Shown: positions 18,705-30,317 of the stretch, in pieces
Layout: each line of letters opens with the position of its first letter
How positions within the stretch are numbered: the first letter of the stretch is position 1
Virus record (IMG/VR): IMGVR_UViG_3300045919_000631
Location: 32,001 to 96,000 of that record
Reading direction: 5' to 3' (one strand)
From: a virus
Length of the DNA stretch: 64,000 nucleotides
Translations under genes and position numbers: made by a program
The notes under the pieces: model-generated
Seen by the model: only the letters and a program-made list of their open reading frames with translations
The model's database searches: none
Told to the model about the DNA's origin: nothing

Positions 18705-19144
18705 TGGCTGACGTTTTTACAGTTCCAACAAACACCTCAACAGTAAATTTCGATATTTACCCGAGAACATCTGTTCAAATATCTAATTCAACAGACACAA
18801 GTGATGAGTATGTTAATACGGTTATTATTAATAAATCTCTTGCAAAGCTTTTATTGAATTATTCAGTGCTTATATCATATTTTAACTATAAATTTACTGG
18901 TATATATACTCCTGGGACTGTGATTGTATCATCAGATATTAAGCCGTTATCTACACCACAAAAGCTGTCAATTGCAACAATAATAGATGATAATTTCTTT
19001 GTGGGGATAAATGAAAAAACAGCTCCGCAAGTATTAACAAGAATATTTTCATCTCTGTTACAAGCTAACTCAGCAATATTACAACAAACAAACATCGAGA
19101 TATCAAATCTCGATGATGCACTGAAAGTCGTTACAGCACTATAA
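18704..19144 (+). CDS. hypothetical virion protein
   Basis: 146-aa ORF, TAATG-coupled within structural operon. Confidence 0.6.
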   Translation: MADVFTVPTNTSTVNFDIYPRTSVQISNSTDTSDEYVNTVIINKSLAKLLLNYSVLISYFNYKFTGIYTPGTVIVSSDIKPLSTPQKLSIATIIDDNFFVGINEKTAPQVLTRIFSSLLQANSAILQQTNIEISNLDDALKVVTAL

Positions 19145-19159
19145 AGAATAAATAATTTT

Positions 19160-19816
19160 ATGGCTCTTCCTAATTTAGCAGGTAATGCAATTAACACTTC
19201 ATATGTTGGTGTATTGCACGTTAATGGTGCTAGTCCTTCAGCAATACCAGCTAGTGGCGTCACTGTTGTTTCTGATGGTAATGGTAATTCAAGCTCTCTC
19301 AGTGTTGGTCGAGCTGGTAACGGAGCGACCGTAACCGGGACATTTATTGCAAACGGCTTAACATTTCCAGGATCTGGTGGTGGTGTAACAACTTTAGTTG
19401 ATCTAATTTATCCGGTTGGTTCTATATACCTATCAGTGGCAGCAACAAATCCAGGAACGTATTTTACTGGCACGACATGGATTGCTATCGCGCAAGGTAA
19501 AATGTTAATGGGCACAGGAACTGGCACAGATAAAAACGGCAACACTTTTACGGGATTGTCTGGTGATGATGTGTTAACTGGTGAATATACTCATCAATTA
19601 ACGACAGGTGAAATGCCTGCTCACTCACATCAATTGAACACATTAGGTTTAGGGCAAGCAGATGGTAATACAACAAATGCGGATCAGGGTGTTCTTTTTA
19701 ATTCTATTGGCATTTCGGGGGCTTCATCCAATTCAACAGGATCTGCTGGTGGTGCACTTGCTCACAATAATATTCCACCATATTTTGGCGTTAATATCTG
19801 GCAACGAACAGCATGA
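19160..19816 (+). CDS. baseplate protein, T4 gp10 C-terminal/tail-collar-like
   Basis: DLIYPVGSIYLSV...NPG...TW, GEYTHQLTTGEMPAHSH and HNNIPPYFGVNIWQRTA signatures; TAAATA at 19149-19154. Confidence 0.8.
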   Translation: MALPNLAGNAINTSYVGVLHVNGASPSAIPASGVTVVSDGNGNSSSLSVGRAGNGATVTGTFIANGLTFPGSGGGVTTLVDLIYPVGSIYLSVAATNPGTYFTGTTWIAIAQGKMLMGTGTGTDKNGNTFTGLSGDDVLTGEYTHQLTTGEMPAHSHQLNTLGLGQADGNTTNADQGVLFNSIGISGASSNSTGSAGGALAHNNIPPYFGVNIWQRTA

Positions 19817-21180
19817 GCTACAATGTTATCATTTTTGCATCATTTCCTTCAACTATATTTGTCGACCCTCAGCAAGAGCTCGCCAATTATGGTAGCGTAA
19901 GCCATTATTTTAATTTACAACCAGCGTTTCAGACGGCAACAATTGTGCCGCATAATGTAGCATCCATAACATCGCTAAATATAACGAGCAACGGTGTTGA
20001 TGACGGTAACTTTGATATTTTTCCTATAAAATATGCAAATGAAGATATTAACTTTGTTGTAAAACTTAAAGATATCAAAGGCTTTGATGTAAAGGACTAT
20101 AAATTGCTGCCTTTAAGTAGTTTTACTTTTTCTCTTAGTTCTTCCGTAGGTGCAAATCTTTCGTCTGCATCTTTTCAGAACAATATTGGAACCTTAAGCT
20201 CGTTAACGCAGGGTGGTTTCTTCAAAGGTCTACTTACATGTCCAGTCACTGCAAATAACGTTAAGATAAAAGCTATCTACAATGACGGAATTATTAATTT
20301 AACTGGATCATCAGCTACATTTTCAATTTATAGTAGTGGCGGCCTTTATCAGCTGCGGAAAGTTAATGAAGATTTTGATCAAGCTAACGCTTTTAAGTAT
20401 TTAGCCACACAGCCTGCGTTAATTGATAGACCTATGCTAATGGATCAGTTTCTCGGTCAAATAGTTGGCACTGCGACTGCTAATCCAAATACACTTGGTA
20501 TTGAGGTGTATGAAAAAATTTCAAACTTTGTATCTAACTTAGAAGATATTGAGTATTGCAATGTTGATGCATTGAAGTCATTGCTTGATTCAGTTAATGT
20601 CCCTTATGAAAACTTTGATTATGATTTACCGCCAAGTTTTAAACGCTTAGTTGATATATTATCTGTTAAGCACAAGCTAATATTTGGGCAATCAAATCAA
20701 TATCAAGGCAATTACAATCCAAAAGGGTTTGTTAATAGCGCGATATATGGATTAAACAGAGGCACTCAGTTAAATATCAATAGCGCAATTTTATCTAGTG
20801 GAAGTCTTGCACAGTATATTTTAACTCATGAAAAATTTAGTGACACATATAACCTCGTTAGTACAGACCTTACAGGTATTTCTGGGGTACCATATATTCA
20901 CGATACTGCCTATCCTCTCAGCGCTGTCTCTACTAATTGGGGCTGGTCCTTGGTACTTCCCGGAACTGTATCCGGAACAGGAGTGTCAAAATACTACGAC
21001 TTCTACAAATATACCCCAGCTGTAGAGGGAACACTTCTGCAGAAATTTCTAGATTTTGATAATAGCAATAACACTCTGTTACAAACAAACAGCACAATTA
21101 ACGAGTTCACCAGACAAGGTGGTATTATAGACAACGTTTTGCTGCATAACATATACACAAACCTTGAAATATTGTCTTAA
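19813..21180 (+). CDS. putative baseplate/virion structural protein
   Basis: 455 aa, ATGA-coupled in structural operon. Confidence 0.55.
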   Translation: MSYNVIIFASFPSTIFVDPQQELANYGSVSHYFNLQPAFQTATIVPHNVASITSLNITSNGVDDGNFDIFPIKYANEDINFVVKLKDIKGFDVKDYKLLPLSSFTFSLSSSVGANLSSASFQNNIGTLSSLTQGGFFKGLLTCPVTANNVKIKAIYNDGIINLTGSSATFSIYSSGGLYQLRKVNEDFDQANAFKYLATQPALIDRPMLMDQFLGQIVGTATANPNTLGIEVYEKISNFVSNLEDIEYCNVDALKSLLDSVNVPYENFDYDLPPSFKRLVDILSVKHKLIFGQSNQYQGNYNPKGFVNSAIYGLNRGTQLNINSAILSSGSLAQYILTHEKFSDTYNLVSTDLTGISGVPYIHDTAYPLSAVSTNWGWSLVLPGTVSGTGVSKYYDFYKYTPAVEGTLLQKFLDFDNSNNTLLQTNSTINEFTRQGGIIDNVLLHNIYTNLEILS

Positions 21181-21188
21181 ATATTGTA

Positions 21189-23555
21189 ATGCTACTCACA
21201 TCAAATAGATACTCAATCATTACTGTGCTTAATAGTGTAACAAACACTATTAATGATGATAAGTTTGATGCAAGAGTTCCTTTTTCATTTTTAGAGTTTC
21301 TTAACTACTCTAAAGCGCTAGATAACCACTTGATAAATCTGTCTGATTATCAAGATTACCTCAAAAAATGGAACGGGGTTACTAATAATACGCAAAATGA
21401 TTTACCGACACAAGTGCGTGAGCAGTTTATTGTTTTTTTAAAAACTGTCGCACTTAACTACACAACTTCGGAAGAAAAGAGATATCTATCAAATATTGAT
21501 TACTCATCAAATGATGATCTTGAGATTGCTACCCCGTTCTTTGTTAACAAAGTAAAACAAGTAATTTTGTATTTTGCTGATAAACGAGATACTTTTAAAC
21601 AAACTCTAGCTATTGCAGCAAATAAAGGAACCAATCACGGAACTGAAGAGTTTATTCGAGCATTTATTATTGATAATTTTATCGGTAATGAAAGTTCAAC
21701 GCAATTTACAACTACAGATTCTACATCAGCAATTACTTCAAAACTGCATATTGAGATTGAGGAAGGGTATGATATCAATAATGATTATTTTGATTTAGAT
21801 CCGTATGAGGCACCAGCTTTTTATAATGCAGAGAATGATAGATCTGCGTATTTTTCGTCGAATACTAATAGCATTGACCCGGAAATTTTTCTTAATGGAG
21901 ATCAAGCCATAATCAACCTCATAAATTATGAACAAGTTATCCTTGATAGTATACCAACTTTAGCTGTATTAATAAACACTCCTGATCTAACGTTGCTTGA
22001 AAATAGCGACTTCATAGACTATTCTAATCATACTAGATCAAATATTAAACTGCTACTAACAGCAAAACTCATACAAAAATTTGTTGGCACTGATTTTTAC
22101 TATCTTAGCACAAACACATTTGGCGAAACTTTGAGTGGACGTTTATTTGAAGCAACCTCACCGTACGCAAATTTATTAAACTTACATTATCCATCAACAT
22201 TAACAGTTCCTGCAAGTGCTACTTTATATGACCGTGATGTGGGTTTATTTTATCGGCCTTCTATTCAGAACATTTATTCACTGCAGACCCCGTTTTCATA
22301 TTCACTAAAATCATCTTTATGTGCTAACAGTGTGTACGTGTTTCCGGACCCTTCGAAATATGGAAACGTTTCTGGGGTTAGTAAGACTACGTTCAATTCA
22401 CCGTTTTTATACGAACAGCATGGTGAGGATATTCAAAGAAATATTTCTTCAAATAACGCTTATGGCCACTCGTTTGTGACTAATAACAATACAACTTTTG
22501 AAAGTTATAACTCAAGAGAACAAAACAAATTTAAGAGTGTGGCAAACAAGCTATATAATTCAGGAATAGCTACTACAAATGTTTCTGACCCTTTTGGTAA
22601 TGTTATTGTAGGTTTTAAGCAGCAGAATACTCTATTCATTAATAATTGGACCAATAACGTTAGTCTATCTTCTTGGGGCCTTGGGCTTTCTGCGTTAAAT
22701 ACAATTCCTTATACGAGTAATATCAAAACTGCAAACACCCTGCCGTTTTTAAATACATCTACAGCTCCGAGTAATATACAGGGATTAGCAACTCCATTAT
22801 CTATATACGATGAGCGTGAAACAAATGGTGATTTTTACGTTTTTAATGCTTTATCGAGTCAATTTACTTCTCTCACTGCTGCTTTTAGTGATGTTCTAAC
22901 AAAATATCCTACAGAGTCTAATTATATTAGATATGCATTACATAATGTTGAAATATATGATTCTACTTATGTATTCACTACATTTGCTTATAAGCTTATA
23001 GATCGCATAGATTTTGATGGACAATTTAAAAAATCTCCGAGTGTTCCACTTAGTTTACATGTGTATAGCAATCATTTAGCAAGTAACGTGTTTAATGTTA
23101 GTAAAACTCTCAACGTAGCGACCTATACACTAGTTGATAATGTTTCAGCACAATATAACAACCGTCAATTTACTTTATCATTTTATCAATACGACACAAG
23201 GCTTAATACTTGGAAGCAGTTGACATTTTTATCAAGTAATGTTTTTCAATATGCTGTTAACTCTAAATTAGACGCAAATAATTTAAAGCTATCATATAAC
23301 AGCCGTCAAGATGTGTATAATATTATTGTCGATTTAAAGGATTTAAATAGAAATATTTTTATACATAACTTGGTTTTAAAGATTGCTAACGGTCGTGTTG
23401 AGATAACAAAAGATATCCTATATGCTTGCACAAATAATAACTGCACGATTAATTTTTATGATGGCAGCAATAGCATTCAAAACGTTAATATTTTATCAAA
23501 CGCTTTATCTAGCATACCGTACATAAGTACTTCAAATGGCACTTACCAATTTTAA
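21189..23555 (+). CDS. putative baseplate/virion structural protein
   Basis: 788 aa; TAAATA at 21178-21183; NKGTNHGTEEFIR resembles the KGT motif of baseplate wedge proteins. Confidence 0.55.
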   Translation: MLLTSNRYSIITVLNSVTNTINDDKFDARVPFSFLEFLNYSKALDNHLINLSDYQDYLKKWNGVTNNTQNDLPTQVREQFIVFLKTVALNYTTSEEKRYLSNIDYSSNDDLEIATPFFVNKVKQVILYFADKRDTFKQTLAIAANKGTNHGTEEFIRAFIIDNFIGNESSTQFTTTDSTSAITSKLHIEIEEGYDINNDYFDLDPYEAPAFYNAENDRSAYFSSNTNSIDPEIFLNGDQAIINLINYEQVILDSIPTLAVLINTPDLTLLENSDFIDYSNHTRSNIKLLLTAKLIQKFVGTDFYYLSTNTFGETLSGRLFEATSPYANLLNLHYPSTLTVPASATLYDRDVGLFYRPSIQNIYSLQTPFSYSLKSSLCANSVYVFPDPSKYGNVSGVSKTTFNSPFLYEQHGEDIQRNISSNNAYGHSFVTNNNTTFESYNSREQNKFKSVANKLYNSGIATTNVSDPFGNVIVGFKQQNTLFINNWTNNVSLSSWGLGLSALNTIPYTSNIKTANTLPFLNTSTAPSNIQGLATPLSIYDERETNGDFYVFNALSSQFTSLTAAFSDVLTKYPTESNYIRYALHNVEIYDSTYVFTTFAYKLIDRIDFDGQFKKSPSVPLSLHVYSNHLASNVFNVSKTLNVATYTLVDNVSAQYNNRQFTLSFYQYDTRLNTWKQLTFLSSNVFQYAVNSKLDANNLKLSYNSRQDVYNIIVDLKDLNRNIFIHNLVLKIANGRVEITKDILYACTNNNCTINFYDGSNSIQNVNILSNALSSIPYISTSNGTYQF

Positions 23556-24027
23556 TACTCTCATCTTAACGTTGTCTTCAACACCTCCAGTTGCAAACAC
23601 TAATGCTATGTTTGTTTTATCTGCTGCAATTCAAGGAATAACTCAGGTTCAACTCAATTACAATCTATTAAGTGCTTTTTCTTCTAAGATGTACAAAACA
23701 ACTTTAAATTGGACCTCAAGCGCAACAGCGGCGGTTAACGCGTCTTATGATAACTCAACTTTGCTTCCTTTTAATTCAGCATATACCAGCTACGTATATT
23801 CTCCATCAACGTCAGGTATAACAACAAAGCAAGCTGCGTTCAGTGTTTACTTTGAAAATGGTGCTATTCACACTTTTCGCGTTGGTCTCTTTATTTTAGG
23901 TGATAGCTTAATTGATCTTGACTTGAATGTCTTGAATGTTCAGAATATTGCTCAGCTTGGCTACAGCGTATTAAACGTCCAATCCAATAAACAAAACGTT
24001 GTTTTTAACGTATCCGATTTACGCTAA
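23536..24027 (+). CDS. hypothetical virion protein
   Basis: 163-aa S/T-rich ORF ending the plus-strand structural run. Confidence 0.55.
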   Translation: MALTNFNTLILTLSSTPPVANTNAMFVLSAAIQGITQVQLNYNLLSAFSSKMYKTTLNWTSSATAAVNASYDNSTLLPFNSAYTSYVYSPSTSGITTKQAAFSVYFENGAIHTFRVGLFILGDSLIDLDLNVLNVQNIAQLGYSVLNVQSNKQNVVFNVSDLR

Positions 24028-25944
24028 ATAATTAGCAGTAACGTCTTTAATATAAAATGGTGAGTGGCCAGAATACCCTACACCAAATTTAAGATTCGTT
24101 GGAATTGCGCTCAACGCAAGACCGGTATTGATTGATGTTACAAGATTATATTTGTTATTTTGCAGTGCATATACATCTATCTGCTGCATATAGCGGCGAA
24201 GGCCGACACGAACAGTTCTTTCAATACTATCAAGCCCGTAAAACGTTGCAGGATTAACTGCAGCAGATGAAATGTAATTAAAGTTTGTACCTGTTCTTAA
24301 TGCAATTTGACTTGGAATTAATCCTGTCAAGCCTGTTGTAAACGCTGCTATTGAATTTTTTTGACTAAAAGCACCAGTAACGTCAAATCCAAGTGCCATA
24401 TAAATTCCAGAAATTGATGATAATGGTGTTGATGTATTATTACCAACTGTGGTTAATCCTGGTCCGCATGCGCCACCAGTTAGTGTTTGAACATTGGCAT
24501 CTATAAAGAATACACTAAAACCATAAGTACTGATTGTTGAAAATCCTGTTGACAATAAATTGAAAGTGAACCCAATTGTAAAATCATAATTTGCTTTAAA
24601 TGCTGATACAAACAACATTGAGCTGCAATACAATGGATATGTCGGTGTCGGTGTTGGAGTCGGTGTAGGGGTTGGAGTCGGTGTCGGGGTCGGTGTTGGT
24701 GGGCATGGTACAACTAACTGATCACCGTTTTGAGCCAATAGTGGATCAGATAACTCATCTGTCAGTGGGCATACAGTTGGTGTAGGTGTGACAGATGGTG
24801 TTGGAGTAGGGGTCGGTGTAGGGGTCGGGGTATTAGTAGGAGTCGGAGTAGGGGTCGGTGTTGGAGTATTAGTAGGGGTCGGTGTAGGACTTAAAGGAGG
24901 TGTAGGTGTCGGCGTGGGGGTTGGAGTCGGTGTTGGAGTATTAGTTGGAAGCGGAGTCGGTGTAGGTGTCGGAGTAGGAACAAACGGAGTCGGTGTTGGA
25001 GTATTTGTTGGTACTGGTGTTGGAGTTGGAGTTGGTGTCGGAGTACCAGGTACTGGTGTTGGGGTAGGTGTTGGGGTAGGTGTATTAGTCGGTGGTGGAA
25101 CCGGAGTCGGTGTGGGCGTTGGGGTAGGTGTACTAAATACTGGTGTTGGAGTAGGTGTTGGAGTCGGTGTATTAGTTGGAGTGGGGGTTGGAGTCGGCGT
25201 GTTTGTGGGCGTCGCTGTTGGTGTGGGAGTAGGAGTCGGGGTATTAGTAGGGGTTGGAGTCGGTGTAGGTGTCGGAGGATCGGTATTAGCTGTAAACTCT
25301 AATAGAGCATCAGATAATATTGAAACGTCGGGGTTTTGTGAAAGAGATATACTCGTTGGAGTTATTGTAAAATTAGTTTTTGGATTACTAATTGTATCTC
25401 CATTGATATTAAAATTGGAACCAAAATAGATTCCACCTGACGTCATGTTCTTAGAATCAGCTGATGTTACCCAATCACCACTTCCAATACCATTAACGTT
25501 TGTACCTGCTAAAGCTAGGCCAAGTGGACCGCCAGGAATAGAACTTGATAATGTCCAACCTCTGTATGAACCATTTTGAAAAGTTGCGGTTCCTCCAATA
25601 ATATCAATAGAAAGATTGACTATTAAAAGAGTGGAGTCGATTGATCGACCAGCTGATGCTGTTATTGCAGATTTACCTGTTGGTAAAGTAACATCAGCAA
25701 ACATTGTTGTGCTGACACCATCACCAACAATACTGCCTTGTGATACACCATCAAAGTATAAAGTATACGCAACATCAGTTGGAATAGGTGTTCCAAAAGC
25801 ATATATTTTATAACGAATTGTGCTTCCAGCGCTATACCCAACTGTCATTATAGCACCAACAATATTGTTTAATGCTTGCGATAATGTTGAGGATGATATT
25901 GTACCAATACCCTCAATATGGTCAAATGTAGCTCTTGTTGACAT
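24019..25944 (-). CDS. surface protein with long Pro/Thr linker and C-terminal lectin-like (ConA/L-type) domain
   Basis: about 200 aa of PT repeats; C-terminal [30 protein letters not shown] resembles legume-lectin fold. Confidence 0.65.
   Translation of the reverse strand: MSTRATFDHIEGIGTISSSTLSQALNNIVGAIMTVGYSAGSTIRYKIYAFGTPIPTDVAYTLYFDGVSQGSIVGDGVSTTMFADVTLPTGKSAITASAGRSIDSTLLIVNLSIDIIGGTATFQNGSYRGWTLSSSIPGGPLGLALAGTNVNGIGSGDWVTSADSKNMTSGGIYFGSNFNINGDTISNPKTNFTITPTSISLSQNPDVSILSDALLEFTANTDPPTPTPTPTPTNTPTPTPTPTATPTNTPTPTPTPTNTPTPTPTPTPVFSTPTPTPTPTPVPPPTNTPTPTPTPTPVPGTPTPTPTPTPVPTNTPTPTPFVPTPTPTPTPLPTNTPTPTPTPTPTPTPPLSPTPTPTNTPTPTPTPTPTNTPTPTPTPTPTPSVTPTPTVCPLTDELSDPLLAQNGDQLVVPCPPTPTPTPTPTPTPTPTPTPTYPLYCSSMLFVSAFKANYDFTIGFTFNLLSTGFSTISTYGFSVFFIDANVQTLTGGACGPGLTTVGNNTSTPLSSISGIYMALGFDVTGAFSQKNSIAAFTTGLTGLIPSQIALRTGTNFNYISSAAVNPATFYGLDSIERTVRVGLRRYMQQIDVYALQNNKYNLVTSINTGLALSAIPTNLKFGVGYSGHSPFYIKDVTANYLA
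24641..25278 (-). repeat. (Pro-Thr)n coding repeat, two blocks
   Basis: degenerate hexamer repeats such as ggtgtc/ggagtc/ggtgta; blocks about 24641-24703 and 24775-25278. Confidence 0.95.
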
Positions 25945-25945
25945 A

Positions 25946-27757
25946 TTATTCTACAATGATATTATCAAGAATAGTCTTGTTGAACAAGAACGGAAATTTA
26001 AAATACGGCAGTTGAATATCAGTAGATTTCACTTGAATGTCTGTTGAATAGTTAGGATTAAACACCAGTAAAGTCAACCCACTTGAATTGATAACTAATC
26101 CATCGTCTAAAATTCTTCGCATACTATAATTTGCTACACCTGCAACGCTAAGGATTTGCGATACTAAATCACTCAAAGATACAAGCTGACCAAGCGTGCA
26201 ATTATCTGGAGCAAAATAGTTTTGAAAGATTGTATTCACACTATTTTTAATACTGTTTGAATCTACTCTAGCATCAGATGTCTTTGTTATTACTATGAAA
26301 GTTGTCTTTGCAATATCAGGAGTTAATGTCTCGCCGGATCCGGCTAATCCTAGCGTAAATGCTGTGTATATAGGATCTTGAGGCACAAGCTCCATATTTA
26401 GAGCTTTCAACGGATTCATTGTTGATATTATCGCGTTTTTTTGTGAATTTTGTAAAAAATACTGAGTGTTACTACTATCAACACTTTGGATGCGAGGTAC
26501 AGCAAAAATATAAACGTTGTTGTCTTGTCCAGCATGTGCAAAATTTACTTCATTTGACAAAAATCTAGGATCTCCGTTTGGTGATGCTAAACCTAGGTCG
26601 TAAAAGTATTTAATATAATTCTCTATAAATGAGTTATTATTAACTGCCTTAACATCAATTACAATGTTTGAAAAATTCTTTGATATAAAAGTCTTAAAAT
26701 CATCAGATGTCAGTAAACGATTTTGGCTAAAAAACGTCTTCGGAGAGTTTACTCTAATTTCATCAACTGTCTCTTTTTCTCTTGAAGATGAAGATGCGAG
26801 ATTATTTGAAAAGCTTATATTAGTTGCAAGATTAACGGAGATATAATTTAGTGTTGATGAAAATACGTCTGCAGATATCTTATTGAACTGAGGAGACTGA
26901 AAGAAATTAATTGTTTGGCCGTTTAATTGATTGGCTGATATAACACCAGATGCACCATCGCTTTGGAGATAATAAACATAAACTTGGTCATTTGTATTTA
27001 ATTTTTTGCCAAATACTCCGTTACCAAATTTAATTTCATAAAACTCGTTTTCGTTCAATCTAAGCTCATATTTTAAAGCATCTCCAGATTCTAAAAATAA
27101 AGAACTTGTCGGCACATACTCATTATATTTACCAGTTGTTGCATCAAGCACATATACTCCAAACCCTCCATCAATAAATAGTGGATTATTGGTTACAGTG
27201 TCTTTAACGACGACAGTTACTGTTTCCCAATTTTCACCTGTTGCAAACTGCGCAGGATACTCAATCCATTTGCCTTGTTTTAATAAATTTTCTTCATATA
27301 GCGTTGCCAGGTCTTCAGTTCCTGATAATGTCTTGCTGAAAGTTATATCGGATGGGAAAGAAAAATATATACCATTAACATCAAAAAACGAATATCTCGG
27401 GAGTGTGTATATACCAGTAGGAATATCTGATCCCGCTGTTGCCTCAAACGCTAAAAGCCCTGTTTGAAAACCTGTTGGCTTATAATTCATAAGCTTTACA
27501 AGTTTGTTCATATTCTCATATAAAGCTGCTTGGTCAAATTGAGCCTCTGCTCCTGTATTATTAAGATAGAACAAAAGATAGTGATAACTTAGTGCTATAA
27601 CATCCATTATAGCGCTGATATTACTCCCTTCAAAATTTTGATCAGTAAAGACCCCACCTTGCGTTAGCCTGTCTCTAATTAAACTTTTGAGCGTAAGTGC
27701 ATCAAAGGTTGCGTAACCGTTGCGTGGTAGTGTGAGATCTGTGAAAGTTGTTGCCAT
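25946..27757 (-). CDS. baseplate wedge subunit (T4 gp6-like)
   Basis: [65 protein letters not shown] gp6 motifs. Confidence 0.9.
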   Translation of the reverse strand: MATTFTDLTLPRNGYATFDALTLKSLIRDRLTQGGVFTDQNFEGSNISAIMDVIALSYHYLLFYLNNTGAEAQFDQAALYENMNKLVKLMNYKPTGFQTGLLAFEATAGSDIPTGIYTLPRYSFFDVNGIYFSFPSDITFSKTLSGTEDLATLYEENLLKQGKWIEYPAQFATGENWETVTVVVKDTVTNNPLFIDGGFGVYVLDATTGKYNEYVPTSSLFLESGDALKYELRLNENEFYEIKFGNGVFGKKLNTNDQVYVYYLQSDGASGVISANQLNGQTINFFQSPQFNKISADVFSSTLNYISVNLATNISFSNNLASSSSREKETVDEIRVNSPKTFFSQNRLLTSDDFKTFISKNFSNIVIDVKAVNNNSFIENYIKYFYDLGLASPNGDPRFLSNEVNFAHAGQDNNVYIFAVPRIQSVDSSNTQYFLQNSQKNAIISTMNPLKALNMELVPQDPIYTAFTLGLAGSGETLTPDIAKTTFIVITKTSDARVDSNSIKNSVNTIFQNYFAPDNCTLGQLVSLSDLVSQILSVAGVANYSMRRILDDGLVINSSGLTLLVFNPNYSTDIQVKSTDIQLPYFKFPFLFNKTILDNIIVE

Positions 27758-27760
27758 TTG

Positions 27761-28240
27761 TTAATTTTTGAAGAAGCCTGTTTTATCTAAAGTACCTTTA
27801 AAGCTTACTTGCTCAGTACTAAAAGAAGGGACACTTATATTAAAAGTTATTGTATATGATTGATTTTCTGAGTCAGGAGAAACATCAATGTTAATTATAT
27901 TTACACGTGGTTCAAATTTTTGAACATTTTCAAATATTGTCGTACCTATGATTCGAGCCCGTGCGTCACTTACTGGAGCAAATAAAATATCTCCAAAATT
28001 AGCACCAAAAATGGGATTTAAGGGTTTTTGTCCAGGCGATGTTGTTATTATATTAATAATGCTGTTAAATATTGCACCGAGGTTGTTATTTACAATTACA
28101 TCTGTTACTTGCTGCTTCTTATAAAGTTGATTGTTAAATGTTAGCCCTAATGTTAAATCAAGCTGCAAATCTGTATAAGTCTTAGCATTGCCTCTGCTAG
28201 GATTTATATTGTTTAAGATATCGAGCTTTAGGTTAGCCAT
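27761..28240 (-). CDS. baseplate wedge subunit (T4 gp25-like)
   Basis: SIINIITTSPGQKPLNPIFGAN..FEPRV gp25 signature; minus-strand TAAATA at 28249-28254. Confidence 0.9.
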   Translation of the reverse strand: MANLKLDILNNINPSRGNAKTYTDLQLDLTLGLTFNNQLYKKQQVTDVIVNNNLGAIFNSIINIITTSPGQKPLNPIFGANFGDILFAPVSDARARIIGTTIFENVQKFEPRVNIINIDVSPDSENQSYTITFNISVPSFSTEQVSFKGTLDKTGFFKN

Positions 28241-28296
28241 GGCATAATTATTTAGGCCTAGAACAGAAAATCACAAAGAGAGACTAAATAATGATA

Positions 28297-28890
28297 ATGC
28301 AACGTAAATTTTTAACTTTGGTCGAGAACTCAATAGCTCGCTTTAGCAATGGCGGGTTTCTAGTGGGTGATGTTGTTAAATTTGCTCCTAGTTTTAAGAG
28401 CAAAGAGTCCTTTAAAGAGCTTACCGATGATGTCAAAAAGTATATTACAGACTTCATGAAGACTGATAAGCCTTTACGTGTTGTTGATATCGTCACAAGC
28501 AAATTAACACCTGGACCAGGCAACAGCGATAATCGCGGTGCAAAGTTTTCTGTCGTGCTAGCAACCGAATTAGCGCCAGGTAGTTTTGATTTACAGAACA
28601 AAGTTACAGTGCCAGGTGATTTGTTAATTGCTGACAACCCATATCCAAATTTACCTCCAATTGCAAATAGTCTCCGTAAAAAAGAGAAAATTAATTTAAA
28701 GCCAGTAAAACCTGAAGAGGATGAAGAGGTTGTCAACGCACCATATGACCAAACTCTTCAGAGTCAAATTGGAGACACTGTAAAACGTGGAGACCGGTCA
28801 CTTGGAAATGTTAATGTTAAGATCCCATCCAAGTCGGTCAAAACGCCGATGACTGCAGGTAGCTATACTAAGATGTATGTTGGTGGCTAA
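28297..28890 (+). CDS. hypothetical late protein (possible head-internal)
   Basis: ORF 28291..28890; TAAATA at 28285-28290 favours ATG 28297; N-terminus MQRKFLTLVE. Confidence 0.65.
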   Translation: MQRKFLTLVENSIARFSNGGFLVGDVVKFAPSFKSKESFKELTDDVKKYITDFMKTDKPLRVVDIVTSKLTPGPGNSDNRGAKFSVVLATELAPGSFDLQNKVTVPGDLLIADNPYPNLPPIANSLRKKEKINLKPVKPEEDEEVVNAPYDQTLQSQIGDTVKRGDRSLGNVNVKIPSKSVKTPMTAGSYTKMYVGG

Positions 28891-29807
28891 GCCAACTTTT
28901 GTAGAGCTAACATACAAGCAAAAGAATTAATTTCTTTGTCAGCCACAAAAACATCTCTATAAAGATGTTCACTAATAACTGAGATCAAATCAGGTTTAAT
29001 AACTGAATTAATTTTGCTATCATTGTAAATGAAGTTCAAAAATTGGCGAAGTAGGCTGCTATAATCACCTTGAAACCTTGATTCGTTTTCAATTAAAAAC
29101 TTTCTTAGCTCTAGAGCTTTCTTATCCGCTAAGAACTTCCAAACACTAGCAAGCATTTCTGTATCTCCTATTTCGTTTGAAAGATTTAGAGTGCCGCTAA
29201 CGCTATATCTTTGCAAACCACTGAGAACCTTGCGAATATCAGGGTAACAGTTTTTAATGTATTGGACAAGCAATCTCTTTTGACTTTCAGGGATTACTAT
29301 TTTCTCTTTGTTAAGAACATCGACTGCACGTGATAAAACACCTTGAATTGGTGGAGTTAAATCGAATGCTTGAGCTCTGCTTTGCAAGGCTAACATTATC
29401 TTATGTTTAAAATTAGCTGTAAAGATAAAGCGTGTAAAGTTCTGATACTCCTCAACAGTATTGCGAAGTGCTCGTTGTGCGTCAATTGATAGCCCATCAC
29501 ATTCATCTAATATAACAACTTTTAATGCGCCATCAATGCTTTTTGTCTGAGCGAAGTTAGTTACCTTGTTTCTAATCGTATCGATGCCATTTTCATCAGA
29601 AGCGTTAATATAAAGATACTGGCATTTGAGTATGTCTTGAACAATAACTCGTGCAAGTGTTGTCTTACCAATACCTGACGGACCCACAAAGATAAAATGT
29701 GGTATGTCACCTTTTAACGAAGAGAAATATGCTCTATTATCTGGAGATAAAATAATATCATTAAGCGTTTTAGGCTTATGACGTTCTTGCCATAATGTTT
29801 CGAACAT
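28887..29807 (-). CDS. sliding clamp loader large subunit (T4 gp44/RFC)
   Basis: LWQERHKPKTLNDII, GPSGIGKTT, INASDENGIDTIR, ILDECD, ALQSR; start likely ATG 29807 next to dUTPase stop. Confidence 0.92.
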   Translation of the reverse strand: MFETLWQERHKPKTLNDIILSPDNRAYFSSLKGDIPHFIFVGPSGIGKTTLARVIVQDILKCQYLYINASDENGIDTIRNKVTNFAQTKSIDGALKVVILDECDGLSIDAQRALRNTVEEYQNFTRFIFTANFKHKIMLALQSRAQAFDLTPPIQGVLSRAVDVLNKEKIVIPESQKRLLVQYIKNCYPDIRKVLSGLQRYSVSGTLNLSNEIGDTEMLASVWKFLADKKALELRKFLIENESRFQGDYSSLLRQFLNFIYNDSKINSVIKPDLISVISEHLYRDVFVADKEINSFACMLALQKLA

Positions 29808-29808
29808 A

Positions 29809-30258
29809 TTATTTCTTATCTGATGATCCAAAACCTTTTTCGCCTCGAGCTGTTTCAGTTACTTCAGTTGCCCAATCAACGTTGGCCTGGATTAGTGGGT
29901 ATACAATAATTTGTGCAATTTTATTGCCTTTTGTCACTTGATATGGAATATCACTTTGATTATACAACTTAATGCCCATATTTCCGCGATATGGATTATC
30001 TATAATTCCAAAATGTGGCTGTACTCCAAACTTAAATCCAAGACCTGAACGGCCTTCTACGCGAAACCAATAACCTGGTGTGATATACGCCAGTTGCAGG
30101 CCGACATCAACGATACCACTTCCTCTTGCATCAATAAGTTTGTCTTCTACTGCAACTAAATCCAATCCACTATCTCCGATATATGGGTCTGAATGATTAT
30201 AAGCAGGGAGCATTGCATCTGGATGTGTCTTTACGAATTTAATTGTTACTGGAAACAT
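29809..30258 (-). CDS. dut: dUTPase (trimeric)
   Basis: DSGLDL, GRSGL, GIIDNPYRG, KIAQ, RGEKGFGSS motifs I-V; promoter position favours ATG 30258. Confidence 0.95.
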   Translation of the reverse strand: MFPVTIKFVKTHPDAMLPAYNHSDPYIGDSGLDLVAVEDKLIDARGSGIVDVGLQLAYITPGYWFRVEGRSGLGFKFGVQPHFGIIDNPYRGNMGIKLYNQSDIPYQVTKGNKIAQIIVYPLIQANVDWATEVTETARGEKGFGSSDKK

Positions 30259-30267
30259 ATATTTCAC

Positions 30268-30295
30268 ATTATAGAAGTTAGAACTATTAAATCAA
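30268..30295 (-). promoter_or_regulatory. sigma70-like promoter TTGATT-N16-TATAAT
   Basis: aatcaa 30290-30295 and attata 30268-30273 on plus strand, upstream of dUTPase. Confidence 0.55.
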
Positions 30296-30317
30296 GAAGA
30301 TATAATAAGTAATTAAG

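Noticed and set aside
24788-25429. 213-aa Gly-Val repeat ORF on plus strand
   Set aside because: Antisense shadow of the Pro/Thr repeat; no promoter box or domain
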